From: Octopus sinensis
Taxonomy: Eukaryota
DNA: 64,000 nucleotides
NCBI RefSeq assembly: GCF_006345805.1
Contig: NC_043024.1
Span: 20,088,001-20,152,000, forward strand
Direction of reading: 5' to 3'
A program made the position numbers and the translations under genes. The notes under the pieces are model-generated. The model was not told the origin of the DNA, did not search any database, and saw nothing but the letters and a program-made list of their open reading frames with translations. Shown here piece by piece: positions 25,336-39,280 of this stretch (the stretch's first letter is position 1; the number at the start of each line of letters is the position of its first letter).

Positions 25336-25524
25336 TTTATGCACAACTCCATTGTCTCCCGAGACAAAAGGATACAAACAGCAATATATATAGGGTGGGG
25401 TGTATGAATTAGTAAGAATTAATTTGAGACCTTGTATTTTTCATTTCAGTGTGCTTAAGATTTATACATCAGCTATTTCCAGTCTGCCTTAAAATAGGGT
25501 TTATATACCCTATTTTAGGGTATA

Positions 25525-25695
25525 GGCGTAGGAGTGGCTGTGTGCTAAGTAGTTTGTTTACGAACCACATGGTTCCAGGTTCAGTCCCATTGTGTGGCAC
25601 CTTGGGCAAGTGTCTTCTACTATAGCCTCGGGCCGACCAAAGCCTTGTGAGTGGATTTGGTAGACGGAAACTGAAAGAAGCCCGTCGTATATATG

Positions 25696-25734
<39 letters not shown>

Positions 25735-25950
25735 ATTTATATATGTTTGTATGTCTGTGTTTGTCCCCCCCAACATCGCTTGACAACCGATGCTGGTGTG
25801 TTTACGTCACCGTAACTTAGCGGTTCGGCAACACCGACCGATAGAATAAGTACTAGGCTTACAAAAGAATAAGTCCTGGGGTCGATTTGCTCGACTAAAG
25901 GCGGTGCTCCAGCATGGTCGCAGTCAAATGACTGAAACAAGTAGAATAAT
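25525..25950 (+). mobile_element. Family O SINE, full length
   Basis: Homologous to 6021-6439. Confidence 0.9.
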
Positions 25951-26649
25951 AAGATAGTAAAAAAAAGTATACCCTAAGATTGCCTGTCACACTTGCAAAT
26001 TCTCATCCAACCTTGATAAGTGTTGATATCCCGACAATATACGCTTGGCAGCTGAAGAAGTGGTAAGGCTCTTAACGTTAAATTATTTCCGTTTTTCCCT
26101 GTGAAATCCTATCCTTGTTATTAGACTCTGTGTTGAGATTATCTTACATACATCACATAATATGTATTATTAGGTTATTTGCTTCCTTCCTGAAGATGGT
26201 TAAAATGGTTAAATATTGTTTGTATTAGACTACACCGTTTGGTAAATTATTATTCCAAAACACAGCATACACACACATACATACACATGCATACACATGC
26301 ATACACGCTAACACACGCACGCATATACGTACACACATATCAACGTCATTATGTTAAATGCCGATGTATTATACGCCTGTAGCAGCAACGAGTTTAAAAT
26401 TCGTCTGTATGATGCCGTGGTGATCTGTCAATATGTCTGTTTACTCGTATATCCCTTGGTAATCCCAATTTCTCTCAATTTTTGATATATCGATTATGTA
26501 AAGCAAGCAAACTATCAGAGACACTTGACGTACAACTTATTATGCATTTCCTTTCGGCAAGACCTGTCTGTATGTATAGGGATATATATGCTTATATGAA
26601 TACAGACACACACAGGCAATAAACACATATATACAGATGTATTTATCTC

Positions 26650-26699
<50 letters not shown>

Positions 26700-26789
26700 C
26701 ACACACATATACACTCGAATAAATGTGAATATACATACATATATACATATTAATGTGTATATGTATATATATATATTCTTTTGTTCCTT

Positions 26790-27225
26790 TATTCTTTTAC
26801 TTTATTGTTTCAGTCATTTAACTGGGGATATTCAGGGTGTTAGCCGAAGAAACCGACCCTAGGACATACTCCTTCAACGCCTAGTACTTATTCTATCGCT
26901 GTATTTTGCCGAACCGCTAGGTTACGGAGTCATAAACACACGACCATCGATTGTTATGTGATGGTAAAGAGATCAACACAGACACACAGAAACAAATATA
27001 TACATACACACACACGCGCACGCACGCACTCACACACACACACATATATACATATATATACGACGGTCTTCTTCCAGTGTCCGTCTACGAAATCCACTCC
27101 CAAGTCCCTGATCGGCCCGAGGCTTCATTAGGGGACACGTGCTCAAGGTGCCACGCAGGGCACTGAACCGAAACAATGCGGTTGGTAAGCAAGCGCTTCT
27201 TTCCGCAGAGCCACACCGGTGCGTA
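26790..27225 (-). mobile_element. Family O-like SINE, degenerate
   Basis: Recognisable 3' body 26790-26990 and 5' head 27060-27225 separated by a CA/TA tract. Confidence 0.7.
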
Positions 27226-27244
27226 TATATATATATATATATAT

Positions 27245-27660
27245 GAAAAAACAAGTCAAAAATAGAAAATGCTAAGATAATTTTATAGTGAATCTTTCAG
27301 TACCGGTTTCGGTCATTTTGAGACCTTTTCAACTGTAACGATTAAATAATTAAATTTAGAAAAATTAGAAGAAAAGTTTTTTTAAAAGAATATTTCTATA
27401 GTAGTGTTCAGATATAAGTAGCATTCTGCCTTTCTCTGACTCCCTTATTTGCACTTGTGTGTTCGAGGTCGTTGTGAGTTCTTGGTAGGGTAGGTGAAGA
27501 ATAAGGAGGCTGATGTGGAGAGGGGGTGGGGAAATCTGGGAATGCCTTGATGGTCGTATTTGGAATGGTCAGTGGCTGACAGCAGTCGCAGTTCAATTCA
27601 GGAATTGTTTATGAAATTTGCGTAGGCGTTATACTGAAAGACATTAGTGACAAGGTTAAG
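27245..27660 (-). mobile_element. Penelope-like 3' end/UTR, family P4
   Basis: Homologous to 34985-35280; trace of an ANFIN..PELN GIY-YIG-like C-terminus near 27590-27625; hammerhead motif at 27298-27335. Confidence 0.65.
27298..27335 (-). ncRNA. Minimal type I hammerhead motif with a compensatory U3-A8 core
   Basis: CAG UUGAAAA GGUC-UCAAAAU-GACC GAAA CCGG UA/CUG; identical copy at 35035-35072. Confidence 0.6.
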
Positions 27661-27972
27661 GGGTAGAAGGTGGAGAAGTAGAAGAAGAAGAAGAAGATGA
27701 CGATGTTGATGATGTTGATGATGATGATGATATAATATATATTTCGAAATACGAGAGTAGAAAACAACCAATAACTGACGAAGGGTCGTTCTTTATGTTG
27801 TCTTGTCTCGTTTTCCATTTTTGTCTTTCGTTGCTCAAAAAAATAGTTCATATTCCATATAGTTTTATTGTATACGTTTCGTGACGTCCTGGGCCCACAT
27901 ATGCATACATATATATATGTGTATGTGTGTGGGTATACGGATAGATGTAAGTGTGTATATATACGTGTATAT

Positions 27973-28023
<51 letters not shown>

Positions 28024-28576
28024 TATATAAATATTATTATAATGCCGGAGAATACGCAGAGTAGCATATATTCGGTTTTTTACATTCCCAAATCAAATTC
28101 TGTTTACGTTCTCTCTGCTAGTCGCCTGCAAAAATTAGGAACAATTATATACACGGATACGTATGTGAATGTGCGTATGTAGATATATACATATATATGT
28201 CTGTGTGGGGGTGTACATGTGGGAGGTGTACGTGTATGTGGGGGTTGTAACGAGCGTGTAGAAATGATAAAAGTATTTAAAAATACACCTAATTGACGGA
28301 GCTGAATTAAAAATTAAATAAAACGGAGAACAGAATATTGACGTCATCAGCTGTCATGCTATGGAATTCAGCATTTTCGACACCGTTGCGTAACCAACAG
28401 ATTGCGTCGAAGATTTCCTTCCATACTTTATCAGTCAAGTGCATTACGCATAGCAGAAATGTCATACATACAATAGATCACTCATACAGTTCGTTCCATT
28501 GTTACAGCGTAGCAAACAGATACCATAGAAGACTACAACTACTACTACTACTACTACTACTAATAATAATAATAAT

Positions 28577-28614
<38 letters not shown>

Positions 28615-28677
28615 TGATGATCATGATCATGAAGATGATGATAATAATAATAATACGAATACTAATACTAATAATAA

Positions 28678-28708
<31 letters not shown>

Positions 28709-28794
28709 TGTAGAAGTAGTAGTAATGATAATAATAATAATTATTATTATAATAATAATAATATATAATAATAATAATAATATAATAGGTAATA

Positions 28795-28826
<32 letters not shown>

Positions 28827-28902
28827 ATAACATATAATAATATAATTAAATAATAATAAGTAATAAACAATAATAATAATAATATACAATAATATAATAA
28901 TA

Positions 28903-28933
<31 letters not shown>

Positions 28934-28964
28934 TAATAATAGATATAATAACTATATAATAATA

Positions 28965-29500
28965 GGCTCTCATGGCTTTGATCTTAACTGATTGGAAGTG
29001 TTATCATGTACATTGTTTTGTCTTGGTATAAAAGATGGCTGCTACAGCAAATATTCTGCTCAATACCACAGATTTGCTTGTCAGTTGTTTGTCCTTAACC
29101 AGTTGAGCATGTCCCTTAGTGGCTGACGATATGTGCATCTCTGATCACGAGCAGAAGTAGTGGGGGGAGCATCATAGCCATGTGTTGAGAGGGATTGTTT
29201 GGGGTTTGAATAATTTCACCTCTGGAAACATGGGTGGTTCTTTCAACATCCTTAAACAACCATTAGTCAGGGCCCTTTTGAGCGGGATGGGCTACTCAAC
29301 CTGAAGAAAATTCTAACTGGGCCCCACCTGCAAGGTCATGTGCTGTTTATCTTGATATGAGATCACCATGTCGCGCACATCTGGTTGTGATGCATGTGCC
29401 TGGTGTACCCTTATCAGACGGGTAGTCATGATGGGTATACTGGGCTTCGTATATTTTACCCCAGTTTCACTTTGATGGCATGCACTGCTCTCTCACACAA
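28965..29500 (+). mobile_element. Family T element
   Basis: Between (AAT)n tracts; homologous to 10718-11250. Confidence 0.9.
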
Positions 29501-30149
29501 TAATAATAATAATAATAATAATGATAATAATAGTATGTACAGATTAGATATTTGTGATATTTTGTTTCATTCTTTATCCTTTATTCTTTTATTCCGTTAG
29601 ATCGTATTCCGCAATAACATTTCCCAGCAAACAGAATAACTGTAGTTCACTATATTCGTGTAAAATATAAATATCATAATTCTTTGTGAGATTTTCAGCC
29701 GCCTATTTTAAAAGTGAGGCTTTACTTTCGTTGCTTGACGCTAAGACTTCTTAATTTCATTTACTGTCCACTTGAGAATATTGTGACATTACAACCGTCG
29801 CTTATTATGTGAATATTGGTGTGAGTATATTTATACATATGTGTGTTTATGTGGGCTTAAATACATGTGTGTTTATAAATACTATATATAAATATATGTA
29901 TAGATACATATGTGTGTGTGTGTGAGTGTTTGTGTATGTCCTTGGGTGTGTCTGTATGTATATGCATGTATGGTTGTATATATTTATATATAGAAAAGTA
30001 TACACACATATATAACATAATGTAATGCAATATAATATATATCTATGTATACATTTGTGTATCTATATACAAATATATGTATATATTATATATATATATA
30101 TAATATATATAATATATCGATAGATAGATACACAATAATATATATATAT

Positions 30150-30200
<51 letters not shown>

Positions 30201-30295
30201 GTATATATATTTATAGACGACAGGTATATACACATATATACACATATGTATACATATATATGTTGTATGTATATGTATATATGCGTGTATGTATG

Positions 30296-30328
<33 letters not shown>

Positions 30329-30436
30329 GATATAATACAATACAATATGTTCACGAAGTTATAACATATATGTATAGGTATGTTTAGATATGAATAGATA
30401 TGTATATATGGATATACATGTATATATATATACATC

Positions 30437-30485
<49 letters not shown>

Positions 30486-30969
30486 TAAACACACCCACAC
30501 CCAAACACATTTATATATACACGCACACGAACACACAAATCACATACTCACACGTTTATATATTTCACATATATACAAACGCACATTTAAACTTATTTTT
30601 CCACATTTAACGGTGTTAGCTATGCCAGCTATTAATCCGACTCTAATCCGGCTTTCTAACCTTTTCTTTGATTCGTTAGTATCTTTGATCGACTTAATTA
30701 GCTTTTTCAGTATTTGTAAAGTCTATGTTTCGTATAATTCTCTTATCTCACTTCATTCATTTAACTTGATAGAAAATTTAAATTAATTTTCCTCACACTT
30801 CAAAGTTAGCTTCGCATATTTTTCCGAACGAGAATGTCTCGTCAAATTTTAACTATTCAATCCGCGCGCTACATATATATATATATATATACATACATAT
30901 ATATATGTATATATATTATAATATTATATATATATATACATTATATATATGCATATATATATATATATG

Positions 30970-31014
<45 letters not shown>

Positions 31015-31864
31015 GAGAGAGAGAGATACATATATATATACATAACACATATATATATATACATATATATTTATATATATTATATATTTATACATATATA
31101 CATATATATATATATATAAAATACAACATTTACACAATATATATATATATATGTATGTATATATATATATTTATATATATACTTATATATATACACACAT
31201 AAAAATGGTGGTTGTGGTTTTGTGGTGGTGATGGGCGTGGTGAGATAGGTGAGGAGGGTTTTGTGTTGTTATGTCATTAAGAAGACCTCCTGCTTACGTG
31301 AACAAAATATGTTTCCTATATTGCTTGCAAAATTTCTGAATAGGTTAAAACACTGAAATTCATTGGAGTTTAGGTTACCTTTTTACTGTTCTTTTTTTCT
31401 GTTTGTTTGTTTTTTATACTCTTACATGGAAATTCGATTTTGTTAAGTTTAATACGTATCTCGTTATTTTGACGACGAGGAATAATAAGAGGAGGGGAGG
31501 AAGAAGTGCTTGCAGCAGGGGGGAGAGGAGTAGAAGAAGAAGAGGAAGAAGAAGGAGAAGAATAAGGAAAAGGGGATGCTCATGATGTTGAATACGATTT
31601 GTTTTATAGCTTCAAGTAGCAGTTGTAGTAGTAGTAGTAGTAGGAGGAGGAGGAGGAGGGGGATTCTGTTTTGCTGATTTGCAATGAAGGCCAATGCAGT
31701 ACAGTATTACTATATATAATTAGAAGAGGTGGTATGGAGCGAAAACGTTACGCATGAACCACGTTTAGGAATTGCTACACGCCAACATCCAAAATCACAT
31801 ATGCACACACGCGCGCACGCATATATACAGCATGCGCACATACACACGTGAAAAGAGCTCATCG

Positions 31865-31903
<39 letters not shown>

Positions 31904-31974
31904 ATATATATATATTATAGTAGGTATTATGTATGTCTGTCTGTTGTTTGTGTGTGTGTGCTTGTGCTTTGCGT

Positions 31975-32130
31975 TTGTGATTGTCTTTCACTACCGCTTG
32001 ACAACTGGTGTCGGTGTGTTTACGTCCCTGTAACTTAGTGCTTCGAGAAAATACACCGATAGAGTAAATATTTTTCAGGACAGTGCCCTAGTTTCGCCAC
32101 TGTATAATGACTGAAATAAGTAAAACATTA
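31975..32130 (+). mobile_element. Family O SINE 3' fragment, degenerate
   Basis: CCGCTTGACAACTGGTGTCGGTGTGTTTACGTCCC...AATGACTGAAATAAGTAAAA. Confidence 0.65.
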
Positions 32131-32529
32131 ATATGAAGATCAAGGCAATCCATTCAAACAAAGATGAGATGAGTTGCCATAACTCAGAAAAGATCACGCC
32201 TTTGATGGTTTTGTTGTTAATATTGGAAAGCCAAGCTTCTCAAGGGTGTTCAGGAAGCTTGCACTATTGGTTTATTACCAAAACCTATCACGTCTTCAAT
32301 CCCAAATCAGTTCAACACTTCTTCTGCCATTAGTTCTCATGATATACCAGGTTTACGTTGATCATCCGAAAAACACAGAATTTGTAGACGTTTGGAGGAG
32401 GAGGGAGAAAATTAGCGAATCTTCTTTAATTTTGCTTATCTGAGGCCAATGCTTTCTCATTCTCTTCTGTGCCGTCTCTTGCATTTGTTATCAGACACTA
32501 GGAGAGTATTTTCTTATACTTGGTCCTAA

Positions 32530-34020
32530 CGTAGATTCAGGTGCTAAAGAGAGGAAGGTTTCACAGATCTTAATCAAGAACAGGGATCACTTTACACCAG
32601 TGAAGTACAGACGACTGATTCGACACTACCTTAAACTACCACGCATGTGCGGTCTCCCTAAGATTCACAAGGATGGTATTCCATTAAGACCTATAGTGAG
32701 CTGTAGAGGTTCAGCATGTCATCCACTGAACCACTTCCTTGTGGATATAACCAGTCTATTAGCAGGAAAGTCAACATCGTACGTGAAGAATTCCACCCAC
32801 TTCACAGAATTGATGAAGCATACCCCCATTGAATCCAACCAGATGGTGAGTCTAGCTGTGATAAGTCTGTTCACCAAAGTCCCAACTGGTGAAGTACTAT
32901 CGGTGATTCAAGAAAAACTAGTGGCAGACATCCATCTAAAAGAACGCACTAGTATACAAATAAGAAACTTGATGGAAATGTAGACCTGTGTATAAACTAC
33001 CTATTTCAGTATGGACACTGATATATATCGACAAGAAGAGGGTTTAGCTATGGGTTCGCCATTATCACCGATAATAGCCAATATATACATGGAATACTTT
33101 AAGAATTTGGCTTTAGGATCAACACCACTAAAACCAACACTATGGCCGTGATATGTTGATGACAACTTTATAGTCTGGCTCCATCAGGAAGATGTCCAAG
33201 TGCTGTTAGATCATGTGAACTCAATAAAGCCATCCACACAGTTCAAAATGGAAAAAGGAAAAAGAAAATCAGCAAGCATTCCTGGACGAATTAAAAACGC
33301 GCATCAAGTATGGATTCAGGACATCCGTATACCGCAAGCCGACCTTCAATGGACGATAGTGTAAAGAGAGGGATTGCTCAGTGCCTAAAACATCGTGCAC
33401 CGAATATAAGTAGCAATCGTGATACACACCACGAAGAAATGATCAAGCTCAGTAACAATCTATTAAGCAACAACTACCCCCAAAACATACTATCCACTCC
33501 AATTATAAAGAAAAGAGAGGATTAAACCAATAAACTGTCCACTGTCTCTCTACCCTATGTGAAAGGCCTCTCCGAAAAGATACAAAAGATATGCGACCCA
33601 TATTACATTAGAACAGTATTCAAGAGTAATACAACACTTCGCAAATATCTCCTTCGAGTAAAACCACCAATAGAAGAGAATATGACAAAAGACTGCGTGT
33701 ACTGCATCCCGCGCAGCTGTGGTAGGTTATACAAAGGCGAAACATACCGACCCCTCAAAATAAGGATAGAGGAACATAGCAAAGCTGTGATACGAGGAAA
33801 TAGTGATAAATCGGGTATAGCTGATCATGTATGGAAAAATGGAGACTAACTCCCCCTGTGGGATGAAGTTAAAATAATAGACAGAGAACAAAAATGGAAA
33901 ATACAAAAACTAAACGAAGCAGCACATATGCTATGACACAACAACCTCCTAAGTAGAGCGAGTACAGATATGAAGAGTATATGGGAACCATTATTAAGGA
34001 AGGATAGAAAATATTAGATT
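32530..34020 (+). pseudogene. Penelope-like retroelement RT plus GIY-YIG endonuclease, degenerate
   Basis: GLPKIHKDGIPLRPIVS, EGLAMGSPLSPIIANIYME, W P*YVDD, then CVYCIPRSCGRLYKGETYRPLKIRIEEH; multiple stops and frameshifts. Confidence 0.92.
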
Positions 34021-34029
34021 TTTAAGCCC

Positions 34030-34620
34030 TAATAAATCAAAGCATGTTCGGCTGCAGAGACTGCTTGAGTTTGTTCAAAAGCTTCGTAGCACGGTCTTTC
34101 TTTTTGTCCTTGAAGTCTTGCGATAAACATTGGCCCTGTTCTCATCTTGTATGAGGAATACCGAATGTCTTCATGCACTACCTGCCTCATAAGAAGCTCA
34201 GACAATCTCATGTCCCTGTCGGTGGACCTGATTGACTTGGCGGGATCGTTGGTAATCATGACCAGGATCTCACCAACAAATTTAGGCATTCTTTTCTTAC
34301 CAGAACGACAAGTGTAAGTTTTCGGCGCAGCCGTACCTTCGTAATCACCATTAGATGCATTACACTCTTTCCGAATCCTCTGCTTGATACCCAAACACAC
34401 TGAAATGTTCGTATTGGAGCTTCCGATGCGAATGACAAGCATTACAGCATGTCGTTTCCAAATTTCTCTCAGAGTGAATTGCGTCATGTTGCTGTTTTTC
34501 CCACAGACGGTGCCCCATGGAATTTACTATAATGTGTAATAGACAAAATCCAATACAAACATGCGATGCACGAGATTCAATTTATAATATGACGACAAAT
34601 TACCAATTACACGCTGTGTG
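34030..34620 (-). pseudogene. maT/mariner-like transposase N-terminus plus degenerate 5' terminus
   Basis: ORF 34029-34487 (...MITNDPAKSIRSTDRDMRLSELLMRQVVHEDIRYSSYKMR) is an HTH-region-like segment; leader is homologous to 21335-21600. Confidence 0.75.
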
Positions 34621-34624
34621 TGCG

Positions 34625-34656
<32 letters not shown>

Positions 34657-34670
34657 CGCTGTGTGTGCGT

Positions 34671-34701
<31 letters not shown>

Positions 34702-34719
34702 AGAGAGAGAGAGATCACT

Positions 34720-34895
34720 AGCCAATACACATTCTTAATTTTCTCTCCTTGTTTCTTTCCGTGTTCCTTCTGTGGAAGAGCGTAGGCTTGAAACGTTAAA
34801 GACTTTCTCACTTCTCGAGCGTCAAACTAATATATCTATTTGTTGTCTACACACCTGTCTACCCCTTTTGCTTGCTTTTTTTGTGAATTCTCCCT
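34720..34895 (+). mobile_element. Family P3 Penelope-like repeat
   Basis: CTGTGGAAGAGCGTAGGCTTGAAACGTTAAAG. Confidence 0.7.
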
Positions 34896-34914
34896 ATACA
34901 TACATATATATATA

Positions 34915-34984
<70 letters not shown>

Positions 34985-34988
<4 letters not shown>

Positions 34989-35277
34989 AACAATAAAAAT
35001 AGAAAATGCTAAAATAATTTTATAGTGAACATTTCAGTACCGGTTTCGGTCATTTTGAGACCTTTTCAACTGTAACGATTAAATAATTAAATTTAGAAAA
35101 ATTAGAAGAAAAGTTTTTTTAAAAGAATATTTCTATAGTAGTGTCAGATTTAAGTGGCATCTGCCTTTCTCTGACTCCCTTGTTTGCACTATGTGTTCGA
35201 GGTAGTTGTGAGTTCTTGGTAGGGGTAGTAGAGGGAAGGCTGGTGAGGAAAGGGGGGTGGGAGAATCTGGGAGTGCC

Positions 35278-35280
<3 letters not shown>
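34985..35280 (-). mobile_element. Family P4 Penelope-like 3' end with U3-A8 hammerhead motif (35035-35072)
   Basis: Homologous to 27245-27540. Confidence 0.7.
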
Positions 35281-35310
<30 letters not shown>

Positions 35311-35312
<2 letters not shown>

Positions 35313-35371
35313 TACACCAGGGAAGATGAAAGAGGCTAAATTTAACCTCTGTCATCTTCCTTTGGTGTACC
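35311..35371. repeat. Near-perfect ~60-bp palindrome/hairpin
   Basis: GGTACACCAGGGAAGATGAAAGAGG pairs with CCTCTGTCATCTTCCTTTGGTGTACC. Confidence 0.85.
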
Positions 35372-35974
35372 TCTTCTAAGTTACTAAAGACTCTCTAGGG
35401 CTAGTGTAGTACGATTGCATAGGCTTACGTATATATATATATATATATATATATATACGATATACGACGAGCTACTCTTACAAATCCCCTTACAAAGTGT
35501 TGGTCGGCCGGAGGCTACAGTGGAAGACTTGCCCCCAAGGTTCCAGACAGTATGAGTGAACCCGGAACCACGTGGTTGGAAAGCAAGCTTTTTACCACAC
35601 AGCCACGCCTGTACCCAACCTCACCTGCGCCCAGCCACACTTGAGCATAGCCACCCCTGCGCCGCTGTGTGTATACATTAATTATGATACTGTATAGATA
35701 ACTATTTTAATGAATTTATGCCTTATTTGTGCATACCGATTTCTCGTCACCAGATACTACAAGGAATATATAACAAACAGTTAAAGAAATGAGAGAATAT
35801 AGGAATGTGTGACACAAACAACTAACCACATAGCATTCGGTCATCCAGTTTTATCAGACAGAGGAAGAAAAAGTGTTCACATATATCGGAGAGCCGTTTT
35901 TTCACTCCCTAGGAATCATGAACGATTACGAAACAGTAACAGATATATTCTTCGTGAAATAACAAAGATACCTA

Positions 35975-36200
35975 TTTCTTTATTACCCATAAGGAGCTAA
36001 ACACAGAAGGGACAAAGACAGACATAGGTATTAAGTCGATTACATCGACCCCAGTGCGTAATTGGTACTTAATTTATTGACCCCGAAAGGATGAAAGGCA
36101 AAGTCGACTTTGGCGGAATGTGAACTCACAACGTAACGACAGACGAAATACGGCTACGCATTTCGCCCGGCGTGCTAACGTTTCTGCCAGCTCGCCGCCT
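35975..36200 (-). mobile_element. Family M SINE, near full length
   Basis: Same head and body as 48650-48850. Confidence 0.85.
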
Positions 36201-36520
36201 ACAAATAACAAAGATACCTTCGGTCGGGACATGCCAATACCTTCAGACATGATCAAATATGCTGGAGAACTTCATGAATGAATGTGCCTTCAGATCGACA
36301 TTTCAGTGCCAAAACACATTATTTTGAGCAGTTAAGGAAAATTGTGACATTATTCAAATATAATGATCTGTAAATAAAGATAACCAAATGCTAGTATGCA
36401 AAAAAGAAATCGATCTCTTTAATATTATATGTATCGGAAATGAATGAAAAATTACGTATAGATGTATGTATGTATGTATGTATGTATGTATGTATGTATG
36501 TATGTATGTATGTATGTATG

Positions 36521-36552
<32 letters not shown>

Positions 36553-36778
36553 TACTTGCATCATATATGTACATCTATTTATCTATCTAAATATTGCTCT
36601 CCCTCTCTCTCTCTCCTCTCTCTATTATATATATAATATATATATATATATGTATATATACGTAGGGATCCATGTATATATGTATGCATCTGTGTATGCA
36701 ATGTCTAGATATATAAGATTCATGCGCATATATTTAGATATATATTAATATACATCAAAGTATGCATACCTATATTAT

Positions 36779-36851
<73 letters not shown>

Positions 36852-37445
36852 TATATATATACATATAGGTTTGTTGTGGGTATATATACACATAATACGT
36901 AAATGCAAGCAGTGAAATTACACAGTGAAGATAGCACAGTTATTCACAGTATATATATCTTGCATAAAACCGTAGAACGTATACGACAACAAAAGAATTT
37001 TTTTTAATCCTCCAAAAGTCTGCAATTACTTAAGATAGAGACGTTTAGACTGGTTTACACCATGGAACCAACACATAAAGATATTACGACTGGAAATCAA
37101 TAATGATATTATTAATATTTATAAAAAAATAATCCTTAAACGAAAACTTTAAAAAAATTAAATGTGCATAATATAAATATTAAGACATGATAAATATTTA
37201 TTTATTTTAAACTATGTATATTTAATTCTCTAATCAAAAATAAAGGAGAATTTTGATGACTTTTGCGTATGAGGAAATATAGAGTTACGGTTAGAATTTT
37301 GGAGTTTGGTGACAATAAAACTATATTGGAATACATTTGGTATTCAGTACTTTTCTTATCTTGGTCACAAGTAGAACACACATGCACATCATATACATAC
37401 ATACATGCATATATATATATATCTATATATATATATATATATATA

Positions 37446-38372
37446 ACTTGGAAAAGAATGCGTGGCGTTCGATCATATAATAATATAAATAATATATAAA
37501 TATATGTATATATACATATATTTACATACCTACATCTATATGCATATATACATGCATATATGGGTACAGGACATAAAAAAACGTTGAACGCAATGAGAAA
37601 CGAAAAAATAAAAACAAACAATGGAAACGAACTTTTTTTCAAACAACGAAAAAGCAGAGTACAAGACATAGAACACAAGGAATATTCCTCTTCTTCAGTC
37701 GTCCCTGTTTCGTCTACTCCGCGTTCGAATGTAAGGACAAGATGCGACTTCTTTGAAACAATTCTTCCCGCAAATCAAATCAAATAAAATTTGGATTTTC
37801 TCGGTGGGGTAAAAGTGGTAACAAGAACAGGACAGTAAAAACAAACGATGAGGGCTGTTAAGTCAAGACGATGTAAAAAATTATTCTGAACGCTTAAGGA
37901 GACAGCTTATGAGAGGAACAGGATAAGCGGTCTGGTCTTGGTGAAGATAGCAGTCGGAAAGATAGCTTTCCTCTGATCAAGTGTTAGTGATGAGAGAGTC
38001 GGGGAGGGAGGAGGAGAATACGAGAGAGGTAACGGTGAAGAGGAGAGCCTAAGCATTGGGAAGGGTGGGAGAGAAAACCAGAACAGATGAAAAACAAGAG
38101 AGGTAGAGAGATAGACGGAGGAGAAATAGTAAAGAAGAAGGGTGCGCATCATAATTATTAAGATAAAACTTACTTGGAAAAGGATGCGTTGTGTTCGATC
38201 ATATAATAATATAAATATTATATAAATATATGCATATATACATACATATACGTACATACCTAAAACTATATGTATATATACATGCATATATGGGTACAGG
38301 ACATCAAAAAAACGTAGGACACAATGAGAAACGAAAACATAAAAGCAAAATCATGGAAACGAAGGCTTTTTA
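37446..38372 (-). mobile_element. Penelope-like non-coding element with a ~195-bp direct repeat at 726-bp spacing
   Basis: ACTTGGAAAAG...GGAAACGAA at 37446 and 38172; partial CTGAAGA-A-GAGG-AATATT-CCTT motif near 37680-37710. Confidence 0.5.
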
Positions 38373-38665
38373 AATAGCATTTGTATATTATTTATATTAT
38401 TATATGATTGAACACACATATAGATACGCACACGTAAACATTTAAATGTGCGTGGGGGATCGTGGAATAAAATATATTCCTGTGAACTTGCATTTAACAA
38501 GTTCGAATGCACTGAAATTAATAAACGATGTCACACACCAAATTTGAACTCCGATTTCTAGATTGAAAGACCAGATTGTTAACCATTACTCCATGTTTCA
38601 TATCTTACGTTAAATAATGATTTCAAATTTCGAGAAATAACCAGCAATTTTTTGGGAGAAATGAA

Positions 38666-38765
38666 NNNNNNNNNNNNNNNNNNNNNNNNNNNNNNNNNNN
38701 NNNNNNNNNNNNNNNNNNNNNNNNNNNNNNNNNNNNNNNNNNNNNNNNNNNNNNNNNNNNNNNNN
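38666..38765. other. Assembly gap (100 N)
   Basis: Direct reading. Confidence 1.
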
Positions 38766-39280
38766 TCTTAACTGATTGGATGTTTATCATGTACATTGTT
38801 TTGTCTTGGTATAAAGATGGGCTACAGCAAATATTCTGCTCAATACCACAGATTTGCTTGTCAGTTGTTTGCCTTAACCAATTGAGCATGTCCCTTAGTG
38901 GCTGACGATATGTGCATCTCTGATCACGAGCAGAAGTAGTGGGGGAGCATCATAGCCATGTGTTGAGAGGATTCTTTGGGGTTTGAATAGTTTCACCTCT
39001 GGAACATGGGTGGTTCTTCAACATCCTTAAACAACCCTTGTTCAGGACCGTTTTGAGCGGGATGGGCTCCTCAACCTGAAAAAAATTCTAACTGGGCCCC
39101 CACTGCAAGGTCATGTGCTGTGTTTCTTGATATGAAGATCACCATGTCGCGCACATATGGTTGTGATGCATGTGCCTGGTGTACCTTTATCAGACGTGTA
39201 GTCATGATGGGTATATTGGGCTTCGATATTTTTACCCCAGTGTCACTTTGATGGCATGCACTGCTCTCTCACTTCAATAA
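38766..39280 (+). mobile_element. Family T element, 5' end in the gap
   Basis: Homologous to 28980-29500; ends in (AAT)n. Confidence 0.9.

Noticed and set aside
26045-26085. CTGAAGAAGTGGTAAGGCTCTTAACGTT as a hammerhead
   Set aside because: GAAA core lost and stem II unpaired; at most a decayed remnant.
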